A stretch of 56,994 nt of DNA from Clostridiales bacterium (GCA_031263985.1 JAISER010000039.1:1-56994); one strand, 5' to 3'; positions 1-9,740 are shown, counted from the stretch's first letter. Program-made: numbers and translations. The notes: generated from the sequence alone by a model not told the origin.

Positions 1-177
1 ACGATAATGGTTATAGCTGGAACCAAAATCTTCATAAATGTAAAGATTTCCATTCATCAGCGACGGCTTTATAATATCTGGCGTTAAAACCCTGATCACT
101 ACCGACGCGGCAAAAAATAAAAAGCCTGCCGCCGCTATTCCAATAAGTGAAAACTTTATAATTTTTGCATGTTTCAT
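1..177 (-). CDS. N-terminal part of a membrane-anchored or exported protein (runs off the window start)
   Basis: Read manually: RBS GGGAG, then ATG at 177; MKHAKIIKFSLIGIAAAGFLFFAASVVIRVLTPD... (basic N-terminus plus hydrophobic helix); no stop before position 1. Confidence 0.7.
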   Translation of the reverse strand, partial: MKHAKIIKFSLIGIAAAGFLFFAASVVIRVLTPDIIKPSLMNGNLYIYEDFGSSYNHYR

Positions 178-261
178 AACGCCTACTCCCATCATAAATA
201 TTTTTTATAAATATCTTTATTCTTCATTAATATTTCCATGTCCGAAAATAGCTAAAAATCA

Positions 262-287
262 GCGAACCGCGCATACGCGCGGTTCGC
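262..287 (-). terminator. Intrinsic terminator of bcd-etfB-etfA
   Basis: Perfect 11-bp stem GCGAACCGCGC/GCGCGGTTCGC with 4-nt loop, followed on the minus strand by TGATTTTT, just after the etfA stop. Confidence 0.8.
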
Positions 288-312
288 CGTTAGAGTTTTT
301 CGCCCAGATTAA

Positions 313-1314
313 TCACGTGGAGGATTCCGCGGTTAACGCGTCGACAAGCTTTGGAATGACTTTGTGCAAATCGCCGACGATGCCCAGGTCGGCGTACTGA
401 AAAATCTGCGCTTCCGCGTCTTTATTAACAGCTATTATTAATTCGGAGCTTTCCATGCCGGCTACGTGCTGTATGGCGCCGGAAATTCCGAAAGCGAAAT
501 ACAAGTCCGGTCGGACGGTCTTGCCGGTCTGACCGACTTGCCGGTCTTTTTCCACGTATTCCAGGTCAACCGCGCCGCGCGACGCGGAAATTTCCGCTCC
601 GAGCGCGGCGGCGAGGGAGCGCAGCGCGCCGAAATTTTCGCCGGACCCCACGCCGCGTCCGCCCGACACAAGTATCTTCGCCTCCGTTATATCTTTGCGT
701 TTGTTAGATTTTTTCACGGTATTCAATATTTTTACGTTTATGTCTTCAGGCTGGAAATCGACGGTGAATTCCCTTATAACGCCTTTATGCGCCTCTTTTT
801 TGCGCACGACCATGACGCCGGGGCGCACGGTCGCCATTTGAGGCTTGTGGTCAGGGCATATGATGGTCGCCATGATGTTGCCGCCGAAAGCGGGACGCGT
901 CATTAAAAAGCCTTTGGTGTTGGGGTCGATGTCAAGGGCGGTACAGTCCGCCGTAAGGCCGGTGTGTATTCTGGCGGCGGTTCGGGGCGCTAAATCTCGG
1001 CCTATGGATGTAGCGCCGATCAAAACGATTTCGGGATCCTGCTCTTTCAGTATGGCTGAAAACGCTTTTGTGAACGGCTCGGTCAAATAGTCGGCCAAAT
1101 AGTCATGGTCCGCGTATATGACTTCGTCGGCGCCGTGGTCGATGAGCTCTTGGGCGAGGCCGCTGATGTTTTTGCCAAGCAATACGGCGATAACCTTTTG
1201 GCCCAACGTGTCCGCTAATTCTTTCCCCTTGCCGATTAATTCAAGCGAAACTTTTTGAAGCGCCGCGTCGCGCTGTTCGCAATATATCAATACGTTTGCG
1301 CTCATAATAGACAT
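313..1314 (-). CDS. etfA: Electron transfer flavoprotein alpha subunit
   Basis: Motifs GLTADCT, TRPAFGGN, SGGRG, RQVGQTGKTV, GISGAIQH. Confidence 0.95.
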   Translation of the reverse strand: MSIMSANVLIYCEQRDAALQKVSLELIGKGKELADTLGQKVIAVLLGKNISGLAQELIDHGADEVIYADHDYLADYLTEPFTKAFSAILKEQDPEIVLIGATSIGRDLAPRTAARIHTGLTADCTALDIDPNTKGFLMTRPAFGGNIMATIICPDHKPQMATVRPGVMVVRKKEAHKGVIREFTVDFQPEDINVKILNTVKKSNKRKDITEAKILVSGGRGVGSGENFGALRSLAAALGAEISASRGAVDLEYVEKDRQVGQTGKTVRPDLYFAFGISGAIQHVAGMESSELIIAVNKDAEAQIFQYADLGIVGDLHKVIPKLVDALTAESST

Positions 1315-1323
1315 TCCTCGCTT

Positions 1324-2115
1324 TTATATAATAAATTTTTCTTTTAATTTGCTTACGATCAGTTCCACGGCCTGGTCAGTCGTCACGCCGTCGTGGAATT
1401 GCCCAAGCGCCTTCGGGCTTTTTGTAAAAGACTTGAAAACGCGCGTGGGAGAACCTTTTAAGCCTATATTCGCGACATCCACATGATCTTTTATATCTTG
1501 GTACGATATGGTTTTCACCTTGTCTTCGCCATAGGCGTCAAAAACGCCGCCTACGGTCATATATCGCGGTTTGTTCAGTTCTGAAAGCGTAGTTATGAGC
1601 GCCGGCAATTTCACTTCAAGTTCCTGATATCTGTCTTCGAACTGTCTTTTTAAGAAGAGCTTGCCGTCTTCGCATTTAAATTCTTCGACATAGCTGACTT
1701 GCGGAAGGTTTAAACGCTCCGCGATCTGCGGCCCGACTTGCGCGGTGTCGCCGTCAATGGCTTGGCGCCCCGTAATAATTAAGTCAAATTCCATCGTCTT
1801 AAGGGCGCCGGCGATTGTGCTGGCGGTCGCCCACGTGTCCGCGCCGCCGAACATCCTGTCGGTAAGCAGTATGGCTTCGTCGCAGCCCATCGCGAGAGCT
1901 TCGCGCAACGCGGCGTCGGCTTGCGGCGGACCCATCGTCAAAACGGTGACGTGCGCGCCGTATTGATCTTTTAGAGATAACGCGGCTTCTATGCCGGATT
2001 TATCGTCGGGGTTTATAATGGAAGGAACGCCTTCCCTGATAAGCGTGCCTTTAACCGGGTCAAGCTTTACCTCGGTCGTGTCCGGCACTTGTTTAACGCA
2101 AACGATTATTTTCAT
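1324..2115 (-). CDS. etfB: Electron transfer flavoprotein beta subunit
   Basis: MKIIVCVKQVPDT, GADTWATA, GRQAIDGDTAQVGP. Confidence 0.95.
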   Translation of the reverse strand: MKIIVCVKQVPDTTEVKLDPVKGTLIREGVPSIINPDDKSGIEAALSLKDQYGAHVTVLTMGPPQADAALREALAMGCDEAILLTDRMFGGADTWATASTIAGALKTMEFDLIITGRQAIDGDTAQVGPQIAERLNLPQVSYVEEFKCEDGKLFLKRQFEDRYQELEVKLPALITTLSELNKPRYMTVGGVFDAYGEDKVKTISYQDIKDHVDVANIGLKGSPTRVFKSFTKSPKALGQFHDGVTTDQAVELIVSKLKEKFII

Positions 2116-2133
2116 ACGATTTTAGCCTCCCAA

Positions 2134-3276
2134 TTAATTTACTTTCAACGCGGCGGCGATAACCATCTTTTGCACTTCAGAGGTTCCTTCGTATATCTCC
2201 GTGATTTTAGCGTCGCGCATCATTCTTTCAACGGGATATTCGCGCGTATAGCCATAGCCGCCGTAAAGCTGGACGCACCTTCTCGTGACGTCGGAAGCCG
2301 TTTCGGAGGCGAACAGCTTGGCCATAGCCGCGTACGCTCCGTAAGGGGCGCCTGAGTCTTTGGCTTTCGCCGCCCTGTAAACAAGGAGTCTCGCGGCGTC
2401 GACTTTCGTCTGCATATCAGCTAGCTGGAATTGGGTGTTTTGAAATTGCGACAGTCTTTTGCCAAATTGTTTTCTTTCCTTTACGTAAGCGATAGTACAG
2501 TCTATGGCGCCTTGAGCTATGCCGAGCGCTTGAGCCGCGATGCCTATTCTGCCGCCGTCAAGCGTTTTCATCGCGATTTTAAACCCGGAGCCGGGCGTGG
2601 ACAGCAGGTTTTCCTTAGGCACGGGACAATTCTCGAAGATAAGCTCACACGTCGCCGAACCTTTTATGCCCATTTTTTTCTCTTTTTTGCCGATGGAAAA
2701 GCCATCGTAACCTTTTTCCACAATAAAAGCCGAACAACCCTTAGTCCCTTTTGATTTGTCCGTCATAGCGATGATTATGTATACATCCGCTTTGCCGGCG
2801 TTCGTAATGAAAAATTTGCTGCCGTTTAAGACGTAATTGTCGCCGTCCAAAACGGCGGTTGTGGTTTGCATGGCCGAGTCCGTGCCGGCGCCCGGTTCAG
2901 TCAGTCCGAAGGCCCCAAGATATTCGCCCGTCGCGAGTTTCTTTAGATATTTATTCTTCTGCGCGGGCGTTCCGAATTCATATATCGGACTGGAACAGAG
3001 GCTTGTGTGCGCCGACACTATTACGCCGGTCGTGGCGCAAACCTTGGAAAGCTCTTCCACGCATATGGCGTAAGCCATGTTATCCCCGCCCGCTCCGTGA
3101 TACTCTTTGGGGAAAGGGATGCCCAAGAGGCCGATTTTAGCCATTTTTTTCACGGTGGAATCGGGAAACTCCTCTTTCTCGTCGGTTTCTTCCGCAAGAG
3201 GCTTAACTTCGATTTCGGCGAACTTTTTAAACAGCTCTTGCGCCAGTTTGTGTTCTTTGGAGAGATTGAAATCCAT
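2134..3276 (-). CDS. bcd: Acyl-CoA (butyryl-CoA-type) dehydrogenase, probable partner of EtfAB
   Basis: FGLTEPGAGTD, LDGGRIGIAAQALG, GGYGY, IYEGTSEVQ; cotranscribed with etfBA. Confidence 0.9.
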   Translation of the reverse strand: MDFNLSKEHKLAQELFKKFAEIEVKPLAEETDEKEEFPDSTVKKMAKIGLLGIPFPKEYHGAGGDNMAYAICVEELSKVCATTGVIVSAHTSLCSSPIYEFGTPAQKNKYLKKLATGEYLGAFGLTEPGAGTDSAMQTTTAVLDGDNYVLNGSKFFITNAGKADVYIIIAMTDKSKGTKGCSAFIVEKGYDGFSIGKKEKKMGIKGSATCELIFENCPVPKENLLSTPGSGFKIAMKTLDGGRIGIAAQALGIAQGAIDCTIAYVKERKQFGKRLSQFQNTQFQLADMQTKVDAARLLVYRAAKAKDSGAPYGAYAAMAKLFASETASDVTRRCVQLYGGYGYTREYPVERMMRDAKITEIYEGTSEVQKMVIAAALKVN

Positions 3277-3509
3277 AACGCATACTCCTTCTTGACAGAT
3301 TATTTATAACGTTTGACACAGTCTAACATAAACATTCCGCGCGCGCAATATTCCCGTTGGAGAGCTGACTCCGCGCGCCGCGCGATTTTTGTCCGAATAT
3401 ACCATTAAACTCGTCCAGAGGTTATACAGGAATTGGCAAATACCGCGCTCGATATCGTTTATAATTGACGATTATAATGAAAAGGCGCGGATTTATAGCG
3501 GAAAAATTC

Positions 3510-3758
3510 TAATGCTGAACTTATGCTGGACTCAGTCTGAAACATAACCGTCCGAACGGTCTTTTTCACGCCGGGCTTTGTTGCGAAGCCTCGCCGAACC
3601 ATTGGGTTCGCCTGCGTTTCACGCCTAGCTCAACGCGAAAAATCCTCACCTGGTTTAGCTATGTTTCAAACTGAGTTCAGTATTAGTTTGAACCATAACC
3701 AAACCGGACGTGAAAAAGATCGTTCGGACGGTTAGGGTTTAGACTGAGCTTTAGTATA
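3510..3758. mobile_element. Nested MITE-like elements (family A): inner copy 3522-3685 inserted into the left TIR of an outer, internally deleted copy
   Basis: Inner imperfect TIRs TGCTGGACTCAGTCTGAAACATA / TATGTTTCAAACTGAGTTCAGTA, with TA on both sides. Removing the inner copy restores TAATGCTGAACTTAGTTTGAACCATA, matching the end of the copy at 42243. Confidence 0.75.
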
Positions 3759-3843
3759 AAGCCTCAAATTTTGGCCGTTCGCTGTTTTGGGCGGCGTTTT
3801 GGCGCATGGATTCCGCGGACCGTGGATAGCGGGAGGGATTGCT

Positions 3844-6219
3844 TTGGAAAAGACGGCGGTAAAGAGCGAATTAGCGGCGCGTCCGCGCTCGCGCGATAGG
3901 ACAGGCCTTTACGTGTCGAAACGTGAGGTTTCGGTGATCGCAATCGGGATATTGGCTTTTTTCATAGGGCGGGTGAAAGTGTTTGAAGTGGTGAACCCTG
4001 TAATTACGGGGTTTTTATCCAGTCTCATATCGGCCGGTCCACTGTTCGCGGCGGCGGCCGCGCTCTGTTCGGCGGGCGCGCTAACGCGCTTTACGGGCGC
4101 GGCGTTGTTAAAATACGCGATATGCATCGTGTTTTTGACGGCGGAGCATTTTGTGGCGCTGAAAAAAAAGATAAAACTGTCGCTGTCGGCGAGCGCGGCG
4201 GCGGGCGGTTGCGCGGCGCTCGCATCGGGCGTCATATACGCGGCGATAAACGGTTTCGGGTTGTATTTCATAGCTTTGGCCGTCGTTGAGGCGGCGCTCG
4301 CTTTCTTTCTGACCGTCGCGTTGAAGCGCGCCGTAACCGCTTTGACGGACGCTGAAGCCGCGAAAGTTATGACGAACGAGGACATGATGAGCGTGGCGGC
4401 GCTTTTCGGCGCGGTGATGGCGGGCGCGGCGGACATTCACATAGGCGGAGTATCGCTTCGGATGTTCATGGCGACGGCGTTTGCGCTGACGGCGGCCTAT
4501 CGCGGCGGCGCGGCCATAGGTTCGGCGGCTGGCTTGTCGCTGGCTCTCGTCCTTTATATGCTGGGCTTTGATAGAGAGGGAGCTATAGCCGCGTATGGAG
4601 CGGCGGGCCTTTGCGCCGGAATGTTAAAGGAGAAAGGGCGAGGGTTCACGGTTTTAGCGTTCGCGGTTTCGTTTTTATCGATTGGTTATTATATGGACAG
4701 GTCTTTTATAAAGGGGGAAACGCTTTTTTCGCTGGGAGCGGGAGCGGTTTTGTTTCTTCTTATGCCGGGCAGGCTTTACTTCAACGTAAATCCGGCGTTG
4801 AGCCACGCCGCGAACAGCGCGGACGATTACATAGAGCGCGTAAAAGACGTTACGGCCGCGAGGCTGGCGGCGTTCGCGAACGCTTTCGCCAATATGTCGC
4901 GCACGTTTGGCGGCTTGAGCGAAAGGAAAGGAGGGCTGACGAAAAACGACATATCGAAGCTTATAGACGATATAGCGGCGCAGCGCTGTTATGACTGCGT
5001 GAAACGGAGATATTGCTGGGAGGAAAGATTTTACGAGACGTTTCAGTCCATGTTCGGGCTGGTGGGCTTATGTGAAAAGAAAGGCGTGATAGACGCCAAG
5101 GACGCGCCGGATACCTTCTCGTCCGTATGCGTAAAAGTCGAGGAAATAATGCGGACGGCGAGCGGGCTTTACGGTTTGGGCAAAGTTGATATGGCGTGGA
5201 ACAACAGGGTGATGGAAAGCAGAGAGCTTGTCTCGCAGCAGCTTGCCGGGGTTTCGGAGATTATGAAAAGCTTATCGCGCGAGCTTGACCTGCATATAAA
5301 TTTTAAAAGAGATCTCGAAAAAGCGGTAAAGGAAGAAATGGACGTCGCTAAAATTAGCTTTGAAAGCGTTGTAGTCATTGAAAACGCTGACGGTCAATAC
5401 GAGGTCACGCTGATTCATGAGCCTAGCTACGGCAAAAAGCTGTGCCAACGCGAGATAGCGCCGATCGTAAGCCGCGCGCTCGGTCGAGAGATGCGCGCTA
5501 TAGCCGATTGCTCACGGAAAAACGGCTTTTGCTCGCTCCAGTTTATAGAGGAACGAAAATTCAGGGTGACGCGCGGCGTGGCGCGCCTGGCGAAAACGCC
5601 TCACGAATTTTCCGGCGACAGCTATTCGTTTATGGAACTGAAAAACGGACGATATGTTATGGCTTTGTCCGACGGGATGGGGACGGGCGAGCGCGCTAAA
5701 GAGGAAAGTGAGGCGGCAATAGGGTTGCTGGAGGATTTCATCGAGTCCGGATTCGACAAAGAGATGGCCGTGAAAATAATAAATTCGGCGCTTGTGTTGA
5801 AAAGCGACCGCGATTCCTTTTCGACGCTCGATATATGCTCAATAGACACGAGTACGGGCGAGGCCGAGTTTATTAAGATAGGCGCGGCGGCGACGTTTTT
5901 GCTTCGAGAAGGCGGCGTGAGCGCCGTCAAGTCCACCAGCTTGCCGCTTGGCATACTGGATGACGCGGATGTGGAAATTTCACGTAGAGCGCTTAAACAC
6001 GACGACCTTATCGTTATGGCGACTGACGGCGTGACGGAGGCGTCGGACGAGTACGTGGACAAGGGCGAATGGATCATAAGACTGCTGCCGAAGATTAACG
6101 CGGCGAATCCGCAGGAGATCGCGGACATTATATTGAGCGAGGCGGAGAAAAAGTCCGGCAAACGCGTGAAGGACGATATGACCGTTCTGGTCGCTAAAAT
6201 TCGCAAGAAAAGGTTGTGA
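3844..6219 (+). CDS. spoIIE: Stage II sporulation protein E (membrane PP2C-type phosphatase)
   Basis: Multi-TM N-terminus, C-x2-C-x4-CW motif, PP2C motifs SGDS, LSDGMG, STLD, TDGV, DDMT. TTG start at 3844 chosen after RBS GGGAGG. Confidence 0.92.
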   Translation: MEKTAVKSELAARPRSRDRTGLYVSKREVSVIAIGILAFFIGRVKVFEVVNPVITGFLSSLISAGPLFAAAAALCSAGALTRFTGAALLKYAICIVFLTAEHFVALKKKIKLSLSASAAAGGCAALASGVIYAAINGFGLYFIALAVVEAALAFFLTVALKRAVTALTDAEAAKVMTNEDMMSVAALFGAVMAGAADIHIGGVSLRMFMATAFALTAAYRGGAAIGSAAGLSLALVLYMLGFDREGAIAAYGAAGLCAGMLKEKGRGFTVLAFAVSFLSIGYYMDRSFIKGETLFSLGAGAVLFLLMPGRLYFNVNPALSHAANSADDYIERVKDVTAARLAAFANAFANMSRTFGGLSERKGGLTKNDISKLIDDIAAQRCYDCVKRRYCWEERFYETFQSMFGLVGLCEKKGVIDAKDAPDTFSSVCVKVEEIMRTASGLYGLGKVDMAWNNRVMESRELVSQQLAGVSEIMKSLSRELDLHINFKRDLEKAVKEEMDVAKISFESVVVIENADGQYEVTLIHEPSYGKKLCQREIAPIVSRALGREMRAIADCSRKNGFCSLQFIEERKFRVTRGVARLAKTPHEFSGDSYSFMELKNGRYVMALSDGMGTGERAKEESEAAIGLLEDFIESGFDKEMAVKIINSALVLKSDRDSFSTLDICSIDTSTGEAEFIKIGAAATFLLREGGVSAVKSTSLPLGILDDADVEISRRALKHDDLIVMATDGVTEASDEYVDKGEWIIRLLPKINAANPQEIADIILSEAEKKSGKRVKDDMTVLVAKIRKKRL

Positions 6220-6387
6220 GGGACTGTTTAAAGGCTCTGTTTGGCGTCCGCTCGACTTTATTTTCCGCCACGCCTTGTCAGCGCTCTTTGCGTATATTCT
6301 TCGAATACGCGGCGTTCGCGCTTCCGCGTTTGGCGAAAAGTCATAACAAAAAAATCCGCTAAAAGTGAGATTTTAAACAGGCTCCTA
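6218..6387. mobile_element. MITE-like element, family B
   Basis: Ends GAGGGACTGTTTAAA / TTTAAACAGGCTCC; the core aligns with the reverse complement of 24579-24726 and with 26750-26850. Confidence 0.65.
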
Positions 6388-6498
6388 GGCCATCCGCATG
6401 ACCAAGATTTGGGCGCCTTGGTTGACTTTCGACCGCTATAAATGTATACTTTCATTAATTTCAATGATATAACCGCATTATGGAAAGGGGATTACGCT

Positions 6499-7263
6499 AT
6501 GAAGTATGTGGACTTAAGCATAGCCCTTGAACCTGATTTGCCGTCAGATCCTCCCGAATTGACGCCGCGCTTTAAATTCTTTGACCACACTGACGGGATA
6601 GAGATGATGAAAAGGGCTTTCGGATGCGAAGCGGAGGCTCTCCCGAAAGAAGGGCTGAGCGCGATTACGATTATTACTTGCAGCGACCATAGCGGCACGC
6701 ATATGGACGCGCCGTTCCATTACTCCCCCGTTACGGACGACGGAAAGCCAATGGGGTCGATTGACACGCTGCCGCTTGAATGGTGCTTCGCCGACGGCGT
6801 TTGCGTGCATTTTCAAGACAAACCCGACGGCTATTTGGTAATGCCGGAAGATTTGGAAGAGTATTTCGCCGATGTAGGATATACGCTTAAAGCGGGCGAT
6901 ATAGTTTTGTTACATACGAGTGCCGACGCGCGTCATGGCTCTGAGCGATATATTGTCAGCGGGTGCGGAGTGGGGCGCGCGGCTACGCTTTGGCTGGTCA
7001 ATCAAGGCGTGAACATTGTCGGTACGGACGCGTGGAGTTGGGACCGGCCTCTGCCGCTTATAGCCGAGGATTACTCGAAATCTCACGACGCGTCGATAAT
7101 ATGGGAAGGGCATTTGGCCGGAAAGACAGCGCCGTATTTTCAAATGGAGAAGATGACCAATTTAGACCGGTTGCCGCCGTTTGGCTTCCGTTTGATTTGC
7201 GTTCCAATTAAAATAAAGGGCGGTACGGCGGGATGGGTGCGCCCGATAGCGATTTTGCCGTAG
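6499..7263 (+). CDS. Cyclase family (kynurenine formamidase-like) metal-dependent hydrolase
   Basis: HSGTHMDAPFH, VGTD, EGH..., MEKMTNL, VRPIA; ATG at 6499 after AAAGGGG. Confidence 0.85.
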   Translation: MKYVDLSIALEPDLPSDPPELTPRFKFFDHTDGIEMMKRAFGCEAEALPKEGLSAITIITCSDHSGTHMDAPFHYSPVTDDGKPMGSIDTLPLEWCFADGVCVHFQDKPDGYLVMPEDLEEYFADVGYTLKAGDIVLLHTSADARHGSERYIVSGCGVGRAATLWLVNQGVNIVGTDAWSWDRPLPLIAEDYSKSHDASIIWEGHLAGKTAPYFQMEKMTNLDRLPPFGFRLICVPIKIKGGTAGWVRPIAILP

Positions 7264-7293
7264 CGCAAAAGGCGATGGAGAGTTGGTAAAACT

Positions 7294-8505
7294 ATGTTCG
7301 TATCGGCGATAATAGCCGCCGCCGGGCGAGGCGCTCGCATGAACGGCGAAACGCCGAAGCAGTTTTTGGAGATAGACGGCGTTTCCATGTTGGCGCGTAC
7401 TGTATGGAAATTTCAGCGGTGCGCGGATGTTGACGAGATTATAATTGTGACGGGCGAAGATTCGGTTAGTTTCTGCGAGAAAAACATTGTTTTAAAATTC
7501 GGCTTTGATAAAACGAGGGCGGTAGTTTGCGGCGGCGATACGAGGTCGGCGTCTGTAAAGGCGGGGTTATCGGCGTGTTCAAAGAATTCGGAAATTGTCT
7601 TAATCCATGACGGGGCCAGACCTTTCGTCGATGTTTCCGACATAAGCCGCGTAATAGAAGGAACGGCGCGTTTTAAATGCTGTGTTTTGGGCGCGCCGGT
7701 GAAAGACACGATAAAAATTTTGGACGAAGGCGGGTTTGTGGAAAAAACGCCGCTGCGCGGCGCGCTTTGGGGCGCTCAGACGCCGCAAGGTTTTGAATTC
7801 GCGATTTTAGAGCGCGCGCATGACGAAGGCGCCGGGGGTTTGGCGACGGATGATTGCGAGCTTGTCGAAAGACTTGGATATAAGGTGAAAATGATAGTTG
7901 GGAGCGGGTATAATATAAAGATTACGACGCCGGAAGACTCGCTGTTCGCGGACGCTATAGCCAAACGGGAAGCGTCCGGGCCAAAAGAGGTTTGGATGGA
8001 AGAGAAACAATCTATCGATGAGGAAAAGAGAGCTTCCGTTGAAATTTATACTGATGGGGCCTGTTCCGGCAACCCGGGGCCGGGCGGATATGGCGCCGTT
8101 CTTATCTATGGAGACGTGAGAAAAGAAATTTCAGAGGGTTATAAATTGACGACAAACAATCGCATGGAGCTGATGGCCGCGATAAAAGGGCTTGAACAGC
8201 TAAAAAATCCATGTGACGTGACGTTATATTCCGACTCTAAATATCTTGTGGACGGCGTTATGAAGGGGTGGGCCAAAAAGTGGCGCGCTAACGGATGGAT
8301 GCGCAATAAAACCGAAAAAGCGCTTAATGATGATTTGTGGAAACGGCTTTTGACGCTTTTAGACAAACATAATGTGACGTTTAAATGGATCAAAGGTCAC
8401 GCGAACAATATTGAGAATGAAAAATGTGATGTTTTAGCCACAAATTGTGTAAAATCCAATTTATTGCTGGATGATGAAAATTTTATGCGCAATTTTTACA
8501 AATAA
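7294..8505 (+). CDS. ispD-rnhA: Fusion: 2-C-methyl-D-erythritol 4-phosphate cytidylyltransferase (IspD) plus ribonuclease HI
   Basis: IspD motifs [38 protein letters not shown]; RNase HI motifs [36 protein letters not shown]; one uninterrupted frame. Confidence 0.9.
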   Translation: MFVSAIIAAAGRGARMNGETPKQFLEIDGVSMLARTVWKFQRCADVDEIIIVTGEDSVSFCEKNIVLKFGFDKTRAVVCGGDTRSASVKAGLSACSKNSEIVLIHDGARPFVDVSDISRVIEGTARFKCCVLGAPVKDTIKILDEGGFVEKTPLRGALWGAQTPQGFEFAILERAHDEGAGGLATDDCELVERLGYKVKMIVGSGYNIKITTPEDSLFADAIAKREASGPKEVWMEEKQSIDEEKRASVEIYTDGACSGNPGPGGYGAVLIYGDVRKEISEGYKLTTNNRMELMAAIKGLEQLKNPCDVTLYSDSKYLVDGVMKGWAKKWRANGWMRNKTEKALNDDLWKRLLTLLDKHNVTFKWIKGHANNIENEKCDVLATNCVKSNLLLDDENFMRNFYK

Positions 8506-8509
8506 ACGA

Positions 8510-8538
8510 TTGACAGTCTTAAAAAACTGTGCTATTGT
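8510..8538 (+). promoter_or_regulatory. SigA-type promoter of the cold-shock gene
   Basis: TTGACA-N17-TATTGT with an extended -10 TG. Confidence 0.7.
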
Positions 8539-8589
8539 TGTGCATGTCGTAATTATTAATTCTTTTTTTAAAATTTAGGAGGCTTTTCA

Positions 8590-8790
8590 ATGAAAAAAGG
8601 TAATGTGAAATGGTTTAACGCTGAAAAAGGATTCGGATTTATTTCCGTTCCGGGTGAAGATGACGTTTTCGTACATTTTTCAGCTATTAATTCCGAAGGC
8701 TTTAAAACTCTTGAAGAGGGACAGGAAGTCGAGTTTGAAGTCGTCCAAGGAGCTAAAGGTCCTCAGGCTGCAAACGTAGTGCGCTGCTAG
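8590..8790 (+). CDS. cspA: Cold shock protein
   Basis: RNP1 KGFGFI, RNP2 VFVHF, GPQAANV; RBS AGGAGG. Confidence 0.95.
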   Translation: MKKGNVKWFNAEKGFGFISVPGEDDVFVHFSAINSEGFKTLEEGQEVEFEVVQGAKGPQAANVVRC

Positions 8791-8837
8791 TCTATCGTTT
8801 TATGCGTTTGCATTAAATATAGATAAGTAACGACGGA

Positions 8838-8892
8838 GCCTTTCGTTAACGTGCGATTTTCATAGTGAAAATCCGTTAACGAAAGGTTTTTT
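8838..8892 (+). terminator. Intrinsic terminator after csp
   Basis: Stem CCTTTCGTTAACG/CGTTAACGAAAGG, inner stem GATTTTCA/TGAAAATC, followed by T6. Confidence 0.8.
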
Positions 8893-9020
8893 ATTGCCAT
8901 AAAGGGGAAAACCGTGTAAGAGCGTTATATTTCACTTCATCGCGTTCGGTAAAATTATCAAACCTATCCTCGATGGAAGGAAGTTATGCCCTTTGAAAAA
9001 AACATGGCTATCCCGAGGCT

Positions 9021-9090
9021 TTAAGTTCCAGGTGCCCGAGGATTATTTGTTCTCCTCCGAGCGCTCCTTTGAAGCGGATCTCTCCTAACG
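9021..9090 (-). ncRNA. Degenerate glycine-riboswitch-like aptamer (orphan)
   Basis: Minus strand GTTAGGAGAGATCC...GGAGCGCTCGGAGGAGAA...AATCCTCGGGCACCTGGAACTTAA loosely follows GGAGAGA/CCGAAGGAG/CTCTCAGG/GGAC, with several mismatches. Confidence 0.3.
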
Positions 9091-9158
9091 TCACCTTATC
9101 AAATATTTTTTAATGTTAGATTAAATATTCACCGAACATTTTCCTAACATGTCATTAT

Positions 9159-9257
9159 TAGACCTGTCCTGAAACCTGACTCCGGCGTTCGCGCTTCCCA
9201 TGTTTGGCGAAAAATCATCACAAAATCCGCTAAAATCAAGATTTTAAACAGGCTTTA
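9159..9257. mobile_element. Chimeric MITE remnant (family C left end joined to family B right half), overlapping the flavodoxin 3' end
   Basis: AGACCTGTCCTGAAACCTGACTCCGGCG matches the TIR at 44423; the rest matches 6312-6387. Confidence 0.65.
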
Positions 9258-9664
9258 ACAAATTTATTAATTGAATGAATTTGTTTTTCGTTTAATTTTA
9301 TAGAACCTTTTCCGCCAAGCCATGCGTGATTGCGAATACCCATTTTAATGGGCAAGGTTTCTTTTTCCGCGTTTATACCTTTGCCTTCCACTATTGAAAG
9401 TATCGTTTTTGTTTTATCCATTCCTCCGGCTGTAGTGAATGCCGCTACGGATTTAACAAGTCCAGGATCTAAATTCCCCAAATAATTTATAAGTGAGGAA
9501 TCTATGCCCCACTTATAGACGCCGCCGCCAATAAATAAAAGATCAACATATTCGACAATCGGGTTTTCAATGGATTCCGCCGTTATTCCCGCCGCTTTTG
9601 CGATTGCCTCCGCCACTTCTTTTGTATTGCCGCCGCGTGACTGATACCTGATTGCAATTTTCAT
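9236..9664 (-). CDS. Flavodoxin-like protein
   Basis: YQSRGGNTKEVAEAIA FMN phosphate-binding loop, LLFIGGGVY, AAFTT; AT-rich. Confidence 0.8.
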   Translation of the reverse strand: MKIAIRYQSRGGNTKEVAEAIAKAAGITAESIENPIVEYVDLLFIGGGVYKWGIDSSLINYLGNLDPGLVKSVAAFTTAGGMDKTKTILSIVEGKGINAEKETLPIKMGIRNHAWLGGKGSIKLNEKQIHSINKFVKACLKS

Positions 9665-9740
9665 TATTTCAACTCCCCCTTAATTCTTTTTTAACGCTTT
9701 TATGTATAATTCTTTACGCAATATATTCACAACCGACTCT

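Noticed and set aside
3290-3500. Rex operator upstream of bcd-etfBA
   Set aside because: No adequate match to the TTGT(T/G)AA-N4-TT(A/C)ACAA palindrome
6241-6464. Short ORFs 6241..6441 (+) and 6258..6464 (-)
   Set aside because: Both overlap the family B MITE over most of their length and lack an RBS
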